This document shows, piece after piece, positions 40,235 to 48,005 of a stretch of 59,118 nt of DNA. The stretch is from Candidatus Magasanikbacteria bacterium CG1_02_32_51 (GTDB lineage: Bacteria > Patescibacteriota > Patescibacteriia > Magasanikbacterales > UBA922), in assembly GCA_001871435.1 (NCBI GenBank), contig MNVC01000014.1, positions 1 through 59,118 on the forward strand. The letters are read 5' to 3'. The notes beneath the pieces were generated by a model, which was given only the letters and a program-made list of their open reading frames with translations, was not told the DNA's origin and searched no databases. A program made the position numbers and the translations under genes. Position 1 is the stretch's first letter. Every line of letters begins with the position of its first letter.

Positions 40235-41671
40235 ATGGAAAAACAAACCAAAATTGTCTGTACTATTGGACCTTCTTGCGAAGATGTAGATACATTGGAA
40301 AAGATGGTTAAGGCGGGGATGAATATCGCTAGACTAAACTTCTCTCACGGCACTTACGAAAATCACAAAATGCTTATTGCCAATATTCGTAAAGTAGAAG
40401 AAAAGACTGGTGAACCAATTGCTATTTTACAAGATTTGCAAGGACCAAAAATTAGAATCGGCAAAGTCGCTAATGAAGGTGTGGCTTTGTTGGCTGGTGA
40501 AGAAGTAATATTTTCTACCGATCCTAAAGATACTAATTATATTCCTTTGGGTTATCCTGAGTTGCATAATTTTGTGAAGCAAGGAGAAATAATGTTGCTT
40601 GATGATGGTAAAATGCAAGTAAAAATAGAAAGAGTAGTTGATAAAAAAATAATTACCAAAGTCATCGTGCCAGGCATACTTACTTCCAACAAAGGTATAA
40701 ATATTCCCCAAACCGATTTGTCAGGTCTAGTTGTTTTGACTGAAAAAGATAAACAAGATGTACGTTTTGGTATTGAAGCTGGAGTAGATATGGTAGCTTT
40801 GTCTTTTGTTATGAGACCAGACGATATTATTGATTTGCGTTATGAGATTGCAAAATGTGAAAAAGAATTAAACAAACCAGAACATTATCCAATACGTCTA
40901 ATTGCCAAAATAGAAAAAGCTGAAGCTGTAAAAAGAATAAAAGAAATATTGGATGTGGCTGATGGTATTATGGTAGCTAGAGGAGATTTGGGTATAGAGA
41001 TTCCTGCTGAAGAAGTACCTATTGTTCAGAAAAAATTGATAGATGTTGCGTTAGAACATGCCAAACCAGTAATTGTGGCTACACAAATGTTGGACTCTAT
41101 GCAAAACAATCCACGTCCGACACGAGCTGAAGTTTCTGATGTTGCTAATGCTGTGACTGATCATACTGATGCTGTGATGCTTTCCAATGAAACTGCTAGT
41201 GGTAAATATCCAGTAGAAGCTGTCACTATGATGACTAAGATTATCAAAGAAACAGAGAAGTCCGAATATACCAAATTATTTTTTCATCAACCAAAAGACA
41301 AAGTAAATAGGATTGATGATACTATTAGTGGTTTATCTAGACTTGTTGCGGAAGATGTAGGTGCCAATCTTATTTTGGCCGCTTCTTTGTCTGGTGAAAC
41401 TGGTCGTCTAATTTCTCGTTATCGTCCCAAATTTCCTATTGCTGTGGCTACTAGTAGCAAATTGGTTTTGCACCAGCTAAATCTTTCTTGGGGAGTTTTC
41501 CCATTTGAGATTGTTGAGTGTCAAAGTATTGAAGAGTTGGTAGAAAGATCTATGACTCATCTGAAAGAAAAAAAAGTTATCAAAAATGGTGATAGAATTA
41601 TTGTCGTTGCTGGTGAACCTGTAGGTCATGCTGGCCATGTAAATTTACTTGAAGTGAGAGAAGTGAAGTAA
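40235..41671 (+). CDS. pyk: Pyruvate kinase
   Basis: TKIVCTIGP, RLNFSHG, MVARGDLG.E, ATQMLDSM. Confidence 0.97.
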   Translation: MEKQTKIVCTIGPSCEDVDTLEKMVKAGMNIARLNFSHGTYENHKMLIANIRKVEEKTGEPIAILQDLQGPKIRIGKVANEGVALLAGEEVIFSTDPKDTNYIPLGYPELHNFVKQGEIMLLDDGKMQVKIERVVDKKIITKVIVPGILTSNKGINIPQTDLSGLVVLTEKDKQDVRFGIEAGVDMVALSFVMRPDDIIDLRYEIAKCEKELNKPEHYPIRLIAKIEKAEAVKRIKEILDVADGIMVARGDLGIEIPAEEVPIVQKKLIDVALEHAKPVIVATQMLDSMQNNPRPTRAEVSDVANAVTDHTDAVMLSNETASGKYPVEAVTMMTKIIKETEKSEYTKLFFHQPKDKVNRIDDTISGLSRLVAEDVGANLILAASLSGETGRLISRYRPKFPIAVATSSKLVLHQLNLSWGVFPFEIVECQSIEELVERSMTHLKEKKVIKNGDRIIVVAGEPVGHAGHVNLLEVREVK

Positions 41672-42080
41672 AAGGCTCGAAAGGCCTAAGATGCTTGAAA
41701 TGCCAGAAAGGTCTAAAAGCTATGAGTAATAATTTCAAATTTCAAAATCCAAATTTCAAATCAATTACAAATGACTTAATTCCAAAATTTTATATTTGAA
41801 ATTAGGATTTGATTTGAAATTTGGGCTTTGTAATTTGTCATTTAATACTACTATTTTTGTATATTTCCAAAGGTTCATTAAATGAGTGTCAGTGTTATTT
41901 TGAATTAGTTAAAGAATTAGATTTTATAAATCAAAAACAATTTGACTATATAGAAAACAAGTGTGGTGAAGTTGGTTTCTTACTTTTTAAATTAATCAAA
42001 TCCTTGGAAAATTCAAAAGCCTAATTGAGCTCGTCAAGAGCCTTTTGAGCTTTTCAAGCTTTTTAGGCCTTTCAGGCTTT
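41671..42080. mobile_element. Cassette: inverted 9-mer arrays around a broken four-helix-bundle gene, with a nested empty 7-mer cassette
   Basis: aaaggctcg aaaggccta agatgcttg aaatgccag aaaggtcta (41671-41715) / aagagcctt ttgagcttt tcaagcttt ttaggcctt tcaggcttt (42036-42080); inner aatttca/tgaaatt arrays at 41731-41843. Confidence 0.7.
41722..42024 (+). pseudogene. Disrupted four helix bundle gene
   Basis: ATG at 41722 (MSNNFKFQN...) stops inside the nested repeat; C-terminal half FLYISKGSLNECQCYFELVKELDFI...LIKSL is retained. Confidence 0.8.
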
Positions 42081-42136
42081 TTCCAATTTTGTTATTTTAA
42101 CAAAAATGTGTTATAATATTTTCAACTAACTTTAAC

Positions 42137-42223
42137 GTCATTCTGTCCCGATTTATCGGGATCAGAATCTTTTTCAAAAAAATTTTATATTTTTGAAAGA
42201 CCCTGAACTAAATTCAGGGTGAC
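42137..42223. repeat. GTCA..TGAC REP-doublet-like pair; first hairpin loop carries tcccgatttatcggga
   Basis: gtcattctg[tcccgatttatcggga]tcagaatct ... agaccctgaactaaattcagggtgac. Confidence 0.7.
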
Positions 42224-42240
42224 AATTAACTAAATTTCTT

Positions 42241-45200
42241 ATGAAAAAAGACCGCGAAAAATCTTTCGGTCTCGCGGGTAAGGAGAGGAAAGAAAAACAA
42301 AAAATAGACGCTACCAAAAAAGAAAAGCGTATTTTGTGGTTTGATGAAATAAATATAAAAGACATTCCTCTAGTTGGTGGCAAAAATGCGAGTCTTGGAG
42401 AAATGTATAACAATCTTACTGAAAAAGGTATCAGTGTGCCAAATGGTTTTGCGGTAACTTCTTTTAGTTATTGGGAATTTTTGGAAAAAAGTGGTTTGAA
42501 GAAAAAAATAAAAGAAGCAGTCAAAAATTTGGATATTAATGATATCAAAAATTTATCACAAGTGGGTGCAAAAGTTCGTCATCTTATTTTGGAAGCCAAG
42601 TTTCCAGCTGAATTGTCCAAAGAAATTGAAGAATCTTATAACAAATTATCCAAATTACAAAATCTCCAAAATGTTTCTGTGGCTGTACGTTCTTCAGCTA
42701 CTGCTGAAGATTTACCAGATGCTAGTTTTGCTGGACAACAAGAGACTTATTTGAATGTTGTTGGCAAAAAAGATTTACAATTGGCTGTGAAGAAATGTGT
42801 CGCTTCACTATTTACTGATCGGGCTATTTCTTATCGTGAAACAAAAGGATTTGATCATCTTGAAATTGCTTTGTCGGTGACTGTGCAGATTATGGTTGGT
42901 TCAGAATCTGGTGCTAGTGGTGTAATGTTTACACTTGATACTGAATCAGGTTTTGCTGGCGTAGTGCTTATCAATGCTTCTTATGGTCTTGGTGAATACG
43001 TTGTCAAAGGACGTGTGACCCCAGATCAATATTATGTTTTCAAAGAAGGTTTAAAATTAGGCAAGAAGTCAGTGATTAGCAAAATTTTGGGTACCAAAGA
43101 AGTCAAATTAGTTTATGGTAAAGTAGGTACAAAGCAAATGATCGTACCAAAAGCTCAACAAGACAAATTTGCTATTAGTGAAGATGATGTTTTACAGCTT
43201 GCCAAATGGGGTGTACAAATAGAAGATTATTATGGCAGACATCAAGATATTGAATGGGCAAAGGATGGTAAAACTGGCAAATTGTATATTGTTCAAGCTC
43301 GTCCCGAAACTGTCAAAGCCAACAATGACAAAGCAATCATTGAAACATATATTTTAAATAAAAAAGGCCAAGTAATACTCACAGGTACTTCGGTTGGTCA
43401 AAAGATTGGGGCTGGTAAAGTTCGAGTTATTGACAATCCAAAACAAATGAAGCTTTTCAAAAAAGGTGAAGTTTTGGTAACTAGAATTACTGATCCAGAT
43501 TGGGAACCTATTATGCGTATTGCTTCAGCTATTGTGACCGAGCAAGGTGGTAAGACTTCTCATGCTGCGATTGTTTCTCGTGAACTTGGTGTACCTTGTA
43601 TTGTAGGTGCCAAGAATGCTCGCAAAGTTCTCAAAACTGGAGAGCAAGTTACAATAAGTTGTACAGGTGGAGATGAGGGTTTTATCTACAAAGATATTCT
43701 TCCTTTTGAAGTACAAAAGACTCCTATCAAACAAGTAAGCAAAACCAATACCAAAATAATGATGAATGTTGGTGATCCTGATCATGCTTTTTCATTGTCA
43801 TTTTTGCCAAACGATGGTGTTGGATTGGCTCGTGAAGAATTTATTTTTAGTAATTTTATTCGTATTCATCCACTGGCTCTTATCAACTATGACAAATTGA
43901 AAGATAAAAAAGCCAAACAACAAATTGCGGAAATTACTCGTGGTTACACTAAAAAAACTGACTATGCTGTGGATAAGTTATCTGAAGGTATTGCTCGTAT
44001 TGCTACTTCATTTTATCCAAAAGATGTTATTGTTCGTCTGTCAGATTTCAAAACCAATGAATATGCTACTTTGATTGGTGGAAAAGAATTTGAACCAAAA
44101 GAAGAAAATCCTATGCTTGGTTGGCGTGGAGCAAGTAGATATTATTCCAAAGAATACAAACCTGGTTTCAAACTTGAGTGTGAAGCAATCAAAAAAGTGC
44201 GTGAAGAATGGGGACTAAAAAATCTGATTGTCATGATTCCATTTTGTCGTACTCCTGAAGAAGGTCAAAAAGTTTTGGATACTATGAAAGAGTTTGGATT
44301 AGAAAGAGGCAAAGAAGGTCTGCAAGTTTATGTTATGTGTGAAATACCATCCAATGTTATTTTGGCTGAAGATTTTGCCAAATTGTTTGATGGTTTTAGT
44401 ATTGGTTCCAATGATCTTACCCAATTGACTCTAGGAATTGATCGGGATTCTGCACTTGTCAGTCATATCTATAGTGAAAAAAATCAGGCTGTGGTGAAAC
44501 TCATTCAAGATGTCATTAGGACTGCTCATAAATACAAACGTAAAGTTGGTATCTGTGGACAAGCTCCTAGTGATTATCCAGAGTTTGCGGAGATGCTTGT
44601 GCGTGAAGGAATTGATAGTATTTCTCTAAATCCTGATACTGTTATCTCTACTCGAGAACGTATTGCTTTTACTGAAAAAACTTTAGGTAGAAAAGGTCAC
44701 AAAACACACAAGACTTATCTTGGCTTGGTGACTTTGCTTGGTATTATTTCAGCCTTTACTATGACCCTTGGCGCTGGTTGCAATCTCTCTACCAACGTTA
44801 GTAACATTGCTAACCCTGTAGTACAAGAAGCTACCCCAGCCAAAATTCGTCAAAATGCTGAACAAAAGATGCAAGAATCACAACAACAAGACAAAACCAA
44901 GCTGACGCAAACTCTAAATGTTTCAGATTTTGCTAATTTTAGTATCAAGTATCCTCAAGATTGGATGGTGAATTATTGGAATGGTGGTGTTACTATCCTC
45001 AATACAGAAACCAAAGAATATTTGAGTATTTTCAAACAATTGGCTAGTCATCCAGTTGTTGATAATCAAAAAGAAAAGATCACTATTTCAGGCAAAGAAG
45101 CTTTTAAATATAGTCAAAATACTAATGTAGATATTACAGGGAAACCTATAACTATTGTCGAAATAAAAATTAGCGATTATATATTAGAAATGAATAGTAA

Positions 45201-45405
45201 TGTAGATAGTTTGATTGATTTTTTAAGTTCAATTGCTTTTGTTGATTCTACTAGTACAGCTGGTGGTGTTCCTAGTAAGCCTTTGTGTGTTCAGATGATA
45301 ACTTATGCCAAAGAGAATGCCGAAGCTTCTTGTAAAGCTTTTCCAACACCTTGTGAAGTGCCAGCAGGTTGGAGCGTTTGTGATACAACTAGCTTGCCAA
45401 TTTAG
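42241..45405 (+). CDS. ppsA: Phosphoenolpyruvate synthase with a C-terminal membrane/extracytoplasmic extension
   Basis: VGGKNASLGEM, RSSATAED, TSHAAIVSRE, FSIGSNDLTQ, ICGQAPSD; about 230 extra residues after the usual end. Confidence 0.95.
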   Translation: MKKDREKSFGLAGKERKEKQKIDATKKEKRILWFDEINIKDIPLVGGKNASLGEMYNNLTEKGISVPNGFAVTSFSYWEFLEKSGLKKKIKEAVKNLDINDIKNLSQVGAKVRHLILEAKFPAELSKEIEESYNKLSKLQNLQNVSVAVRSSATAEDLPDASFAGQQETYLNVVGKKDLQLAVKKCVASLFTDRAISYRETKGFDHLEIALSVTVQIMVGSESGASGVMFTLDTESGFAGVVLINASYGLGEYVVKGRVTPDQYYVFKEGLKLGKKSVISKILGTKEVKLVYGKVGTKQMIVPKAQQDKFAISEDDVLQLAKWGVQIEDYYGRHQDIEWAKDGKTGKLYIVQARPETVKANNDKAIIETYILNKKGQVILTGTSVGQKIGAGKVRVIDNPKQMKLFKKGEVLVTRITDPDWEPIMRIASAIVTEQGGKTSHAAIVSRELGVPCIVGAKNARKVLKTGEQVTISCTGGDEGFIYKDILPFEVQKTPIKQVSKTNTKIMMNVGDPDHAFSLSFLPNDGVGLAREEFIFSNFIRIHPLALINYDKLKDKKAKQQIAEITRGYTKKTDYAVDKLSEGIARIATSFYPKDVIVRLSDFKTNEYATLIGGKEFEPKEENPMLGWRGASRYYSKEYKPGFKLECEAIKKVREEWGLKNLIVMIPFCRTPEEGQKVLDTMKEFGLERGKEGLQVYVMCEIPSNVILAEDFAKLFDGFSIGSNDLTQLTLGIDRDSALVSHIYSEKNQAVVKLIQDVIRTAHKYKRKVGICGQAPSDYPEFAEMLVREGIDSISLNPDTVISTRERIAFTEKTLGRKGHKTHKTYLGLVTLLGIISAFTMTLGAGCNLSTNVSNIANPVVQEATPAKIRQNAEQKMQESQQQDKTKLTQTLNVSDFANFSIKYPQDWMVNYWNGGVTILNTETKEYLSIFKQLASHPVVDNQKEKITISGKEAFKYSQNTNVDITGKPITIVEIKISDYILEMNSNVDSLIDFLSSIAFVDSTSTAGGVPSKPLCVQMITYAKENAEASCKAFPTPCEVPAGWSVCDTTSLPI

Positions 45406-45422
45406 TAATTATTATAAAATAT

Positions 45423-45460
45423 AAAACAGCCCATTTCGTGAAAGGCAGGGTTGTTTTTTA
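45423..45460. terminator. Degenerate intrinsic terminator; direct repeat of 46041-46080
   Basis: aaaacagcccatttcgtgaaaggcagggttgtttttta. Confidence 0.6.
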
Positions 45461-45467
45461 GTTAAAC

Positions 45468-45519
45468 TTGACAAAATGTTAATAAAGTACTAATGTAAGA
45501 ATGTAATATATTCTTACAT
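45468..45519 (+). promoter_or_regulatory. TA promoter with operator palindrome
   Basis: TTGACA-17-TAATGT followed by atgtaagaat-gtaatat-attcttacat, a perfect 10-bp inverted repeat. Confidence 0.7.
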
Positions 45520-45529
45520 AATAAAAATT

Positions 45530-45772
45530 ATGATTACTATCGTCAAAGCTACATCCAAAGGACAAATCACTATACCTGCTTCTTGGAGGAAGCGTTTTGT
45601 TACCAATAGATATTTGGTAGAAATAAAAAATTCTCATTTAGAGATCAAACCATTTGATCTAGACAAACTAACAGAAAAACAAGAATATACAGTCTTTGAT
45701 GCTATTCGTGATAATGATGGCAAGGGAATCAAAGCTAGTGATTTACAAAAGATTTTGAAGAAAACTTATTAA
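45530..45772 (+). CDS. AbrB/MazE/SpoVT-type antitoxin
   Basis: VKATSKGQITIPASWRK. Confidence 0.85.
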   Translation: MITIVKATSKGQITIPASWRKRFVTNRYLVEIKNSHLEIKPFDLDKLTEKQEYTVFDAIRDNDGKGIKASDLQKILKKTY

Positions 45773-45782
45773 TAATTTTTCT

Positions 45783-46037
45783 ATGGATAAAATAGAAAAA
45801 TTATTGCGAAAGATAAATCAGAAAAGTAGAGAACAATTGCTTACTATTATTACTAGATTATTAGCAGGAGAAAGACATGGTCTTAATATAAAAAGATTAA
45901 TAGGTACAGATTTTTGTCGTCTACGTTCGGGACGATTTAGAATTATTTTTCATTATGAAGGAAAAAATAGAGAAATAATAATAGATAGTATTAAATTACG
46001 AGATGAAAATACTTATAATGAAAATACTTATAAATAA
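45783..46037 (+). CDS. RelE/ParE-family toxin
   Basis: IKRLIG..FCRLRSGRFRIIF; downstream of the AbrB gene; 15-bp tandem duplication at its 3' end (46003-46032). Confidence 0.8.
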   Translation: MDKIEKLLRKINQKSREQLLTIITRLLAGERHGLNIKRLIGTDFCRLRSGRFRIIFHYEGKNREIIIDSIKLRDENTYNENTYK

Positions 46038-46040
46038 AAA

Positions 46041-46080
46041 AATAACCCCGCTTTTCGTGAAAGGCGGGGTTGTTTTTTTA
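46041..46080. terminator. Bidirectional intrinsic terminator between the TA and tRNA loci
   Basis: aataaccccgcttttcgtgaaaggcggggttgttttttt. Confidence 0.8.
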
Positions 46081-46142
46081 GCGGATCGGACGAGGCTCGA
46101 ACTCGCAACTTTCCCGACTGAGTCGGGATGCTCTAACCAGTT
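46081..46142 (-). pseudogene. tRNA-Asp-derived 3' fragment with the anticodon arm replaced by tcccgactcagtcggga
   Basis: Near-identical to the tRNA at 46188-46248 except the 17-nt arm and one acceptor-stem base; 5' acceptor strand missing. Confidence 0.85.
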
Positions 46143-46184
46143 TTTGTCCAATTTTTGGTCTGAAAATAAAAAAGATAGATTACT

Positions 46185-46261
46185 TGGCGGACCGGACGAG
46201 GCTCGAACTCGCAACTTCTGCCGTGACAGGGCAGTGCTCTAACCAGTTGAACTACCGGTCC
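46185..46261 (-). tRNA. tRNA-Asp (GTC)
   Basis: ggaccggtagttcaactggttagagcactgccctGTCacggcagaagttgcgagttcgagcctcgtccggtccgCCA; full cloverleaf with encoded CCA. Confidence 0.97.
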
Positions 46262-46279
46262 GCTAAATTATCTATCAAA

Positions 46280-46525
46280 TTACCATTTTGTTCTATATAC
46301 CAAAGAACGTACTTTTTTTTTTGCTTTTTTAAGTTTTGTTTCCAAATTACAGGCTTCTTTGTTTGAATGGCATTCTATATATCCTATAAGTAACCAAGGT
46401 TCACCTTTCTTAGTATATTGCTCTTGTCCGAGGTTATGTTCGTTCAACCTTCTTTTTAAATCATTTGTTTTACCTATATAGTATTTGTTAATTTTTTTAC
46501 TATATAAGTAATATACCCTCCACAT
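46280..46525 (-). CDS. GIY-YIG nuclease family protein, probably frameshifted in an A10 run near its end
   Basis: VYYLYS..KYYIGKTNDLKRRLNEHN..YTK..PW..A..LE. Confidence 0.88.
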   Translation of the reverse strand: MWRVYYLYSKKINKYYIGKTNDLKRRLNEHNLGQEQYTKKGEPWLLIGYIECHSNKEACNLETKLKKAKKKVRSLVYRTKW

Positions 46526-46543
46526 ATTATTTTATATTAGGAT

Positions 46544-46603
46544 TCGAACTCGCAACTTTCCCGACTGAGTCGGGATGCTCTAACCAGTTGAACTACCGGT
46601 CCG
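46544..46603 (-). pseudogene. tRNA-Asp-derived 5' fragment with the same anticodon-arm replacement, running into the GIY-YIG leader
   Basis: ggaccggtagttcaactggttagagca-tcccgactcagtcggga-aagttgcgagttcga; 3' acceptor strand missing. Confidence 0.85.
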
Positions 46604-46638
46604 TAAATTTATAATATTTTTAGCTTTGAACTTTTTTG

Positions 46639-46690
46639 AACCAGTTGTCCGCCAAAGGCGGATCCGCCTTTGGCGGAAACTACCGGTCCG
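46639..46690 (-). pseudogene. tRNA-Asp 5' fragment with a 30-bp palindrome inserted in the D arm
   Basis: aaccagttg[tccgccaaaggcggatccgcctttggcgga]aactaccggtccg. Confidence 0.8.
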
Positions 46691-46732
46691 TAAATTTATA
46701 TTGTTTGAAATAGAGAAATCTATTTTTGAGAA

Positions 46733-46800
46733 AGATCCTGATCCCGATAAAATCTGGACAGGATGACAAATACTGCCATTTCGGACTTAATCCAGAATCT
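46733..46800. repeat. GTCA..TGAC REP-like pair with a tcccga-type loop
   Basis: agatcctga[tcccgataaaatctgga]caggatgac ... gccatttcggacttaatccagaatct. Confidence 0.6.
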
Positions 46801-46814
46801 TTTCTAAACAAAAA

Positions 46815-46943
46815 TTATTTAGCTACAGTTGCTTCTTTAGCTTTTTTGATAGCTACACGTTTTTGTTTTTTTCTGTCCCTAGTAATCTTTGCTTTGTCAC
46901 GTGCAATTTTGATTTGAGCATTGATTTTTTTTCTCATTCCCAT
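46815..46943 (-). CDS. 42-aa highly basic small protein (absent from the ORF track)
   Basis: MGMRKKINAQIKIARDKAKITRDRKKQKRVAIKKAKEATVAK*; own TTGACA-17-TATTAT promoter at 47002-46974. Confidence 0.7.
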   Translation of the reverse strand: MGMRKKINAQIKIARDKAKITRDRKKQKRVAIKKAKEATVAK

Positions 46944-47014
46944 ATAATTTGGTTATTTTTTAATACGGATAATATAATACCTTTTTTTGAGACAAATGTC
47001 AATATACAAGTCTG

Positions 47015-47500
47015 TTAGTAAACAAAATAGCCTAGTTTTTCTTTGATGTCTTTGAGTCGAGCATAAAAACCAGCACTGTGGATAGAATTCAGCCCTAGTT
47101 TTTGATAATCATAATGGTGTGTCCATTCATGTAGGAGAGTATCCAAAAAGGTCTTAGGGGCCAAAATTTGACCTCTAACAGCTGTCCTATTACTAATATA
47201 GATGTACTTATTACCAGGCTTGTAATAGCCATATCGTTTCATAGCTACTTTGCCATTGCGCTTTTTGTGGTATTGTTTGGTTTCGGAAATTTTTAGATTT
47301 ACAATATCTATTTTGGCTAGGTCAGCTAACTCATCTAGTAGTCCATCCCCGAGTGTTTGTCTTTCTTCTTCAATCTTACTTTTGAGGAGTAGAGAAGTAA
47401 GACGGCGTGCTTCATCTGAGATAGGGATTTTTATTGTAGTGGTGCTATTGCTTTTTTCGTAGTTGGTTTGTTTAAATAGTCGAAAGTTCATAAAGTTCAT
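47015..47500 (-). CDS. Hypothetical protein with HExxH zinc-binding motif (SprT-like)
   Basis: YGYY..IYI..TFLDTLLHEWTHH..H...F; the longer start in the track runs through repeat DNA. Confidence 0.7.
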   Translation of the reverse strand: MNFMNFRLFKQTNYEKSNSTTTIKIPISDEARRLTSLLLKSKIEEERQTLGDGLLDELADLAKIDIVNLKISETKQYHKKRNGKVAMKRYGYYKPGNKYIYISNRTAVRGQILAPKTFLDTLLHEWTHHYDYQKLGLNSIHSAGFYARLKDIKEKLGYFVY

Positions 47501-47520
47501 AAAGTCAAAAGTCTTTATAT

Positions 47521-47657
47521 AATAACAAATTTCAACTTGTCTGCCAACAGGCAGGAGCTCAAATGTCAAACCAAAATTAAATGATTAAGTATCAAAAGTT
47601 TTGAAATTGTTAATTTGTAATTGATTTGTCATTTGTATTTTGTTATTTGAAATTTGT
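47521..47657. repeat. Empty inverted 7-mer (caaatgt/atttgaa) cassette with an inserted ctgcc..ggcagg palindrome
   Basis: Arms resemble those at 53256-53310/53659-53710 and 41731-41843. Confidence 0.7.
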
Positions 47658-47721
47658 TGTTATTTTGGTAATTACATTTTTAGTAAGTTGACTTATTATA
47701 GTATACAGTTATTGTAGAAAA

Positions 47722-47812
47722 CAAAAAAGACCCTTTTAGTGTTTGACGCGACATGAGGAGCAAAGGAGGGGGAGCTCCAGCCAACGCCAAACACTAAAAA
47801 AGTCTTTTACAT
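47722..47812 (-). ncRNA. Candidate ~90-nt small RNA (long stem, C-rich loop, U-tail)
   Basis: TTGACA-17-TATCAT promoter with extended TG (47847-47819); stem of about 20 bp aaaagactttttagtgtttggcg/cgtcaaacactaaaagggtctttt; no convincing ORF. Confidence 0.5.
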
Positions 47813-47959
47813 TTGTAAATGATATCATATTTTGGGTTTTTTGTCAAGAATATTATATGTGTGGTAGTAATCTAAATTATTTTTTTAATAAAATTATTAT
47901 TAACAAAGTGGTGTCTGAAAGACTTGTTTATGTATACTCGATAATCTAGTTTCTTATAA

Positions 47960-47992
47960 TAAAAAAATTCCCACATAAGTAGGAATTTTTTT
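47960..47992 (-). terminator. Intrinsic terminator after rplT
   Basis: aaaaaaattccc-acataagt-aggaattttttt hairpin with A/T tails. Confidence 0.65.
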
Positions 47993-48005
47993 TATTATAA
48001 AAATA

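Noticed and set aside
46112-46128. The swapped anticodon arm would place UCA at the anticodon position, suggesting an opal suppressor or a recoded-UGA tRNA
   Set aside because: Both copies lack one acceptor strand, position 33 is C, and the loop can pair into a 7-bp stem. TGA is used as a normal stop here (for example at 869, 18837 and 27656).
46003-46366. Track ORFs 46003-46242, 46184-46366 and 45996-46214
   Set aside because: They are translations across the tRNA, its copies and a terminator.
47743-47949. 68-aa plus-strand ORF, and a 14-codon ORF MRSKGGGAPANAKH in the hairpin
   Set aside because: No recognisable features; they overlap the opposite-strand promoter and hairpin, so an RNA interpretation fits better. 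A peptide cannot be fully excluded.
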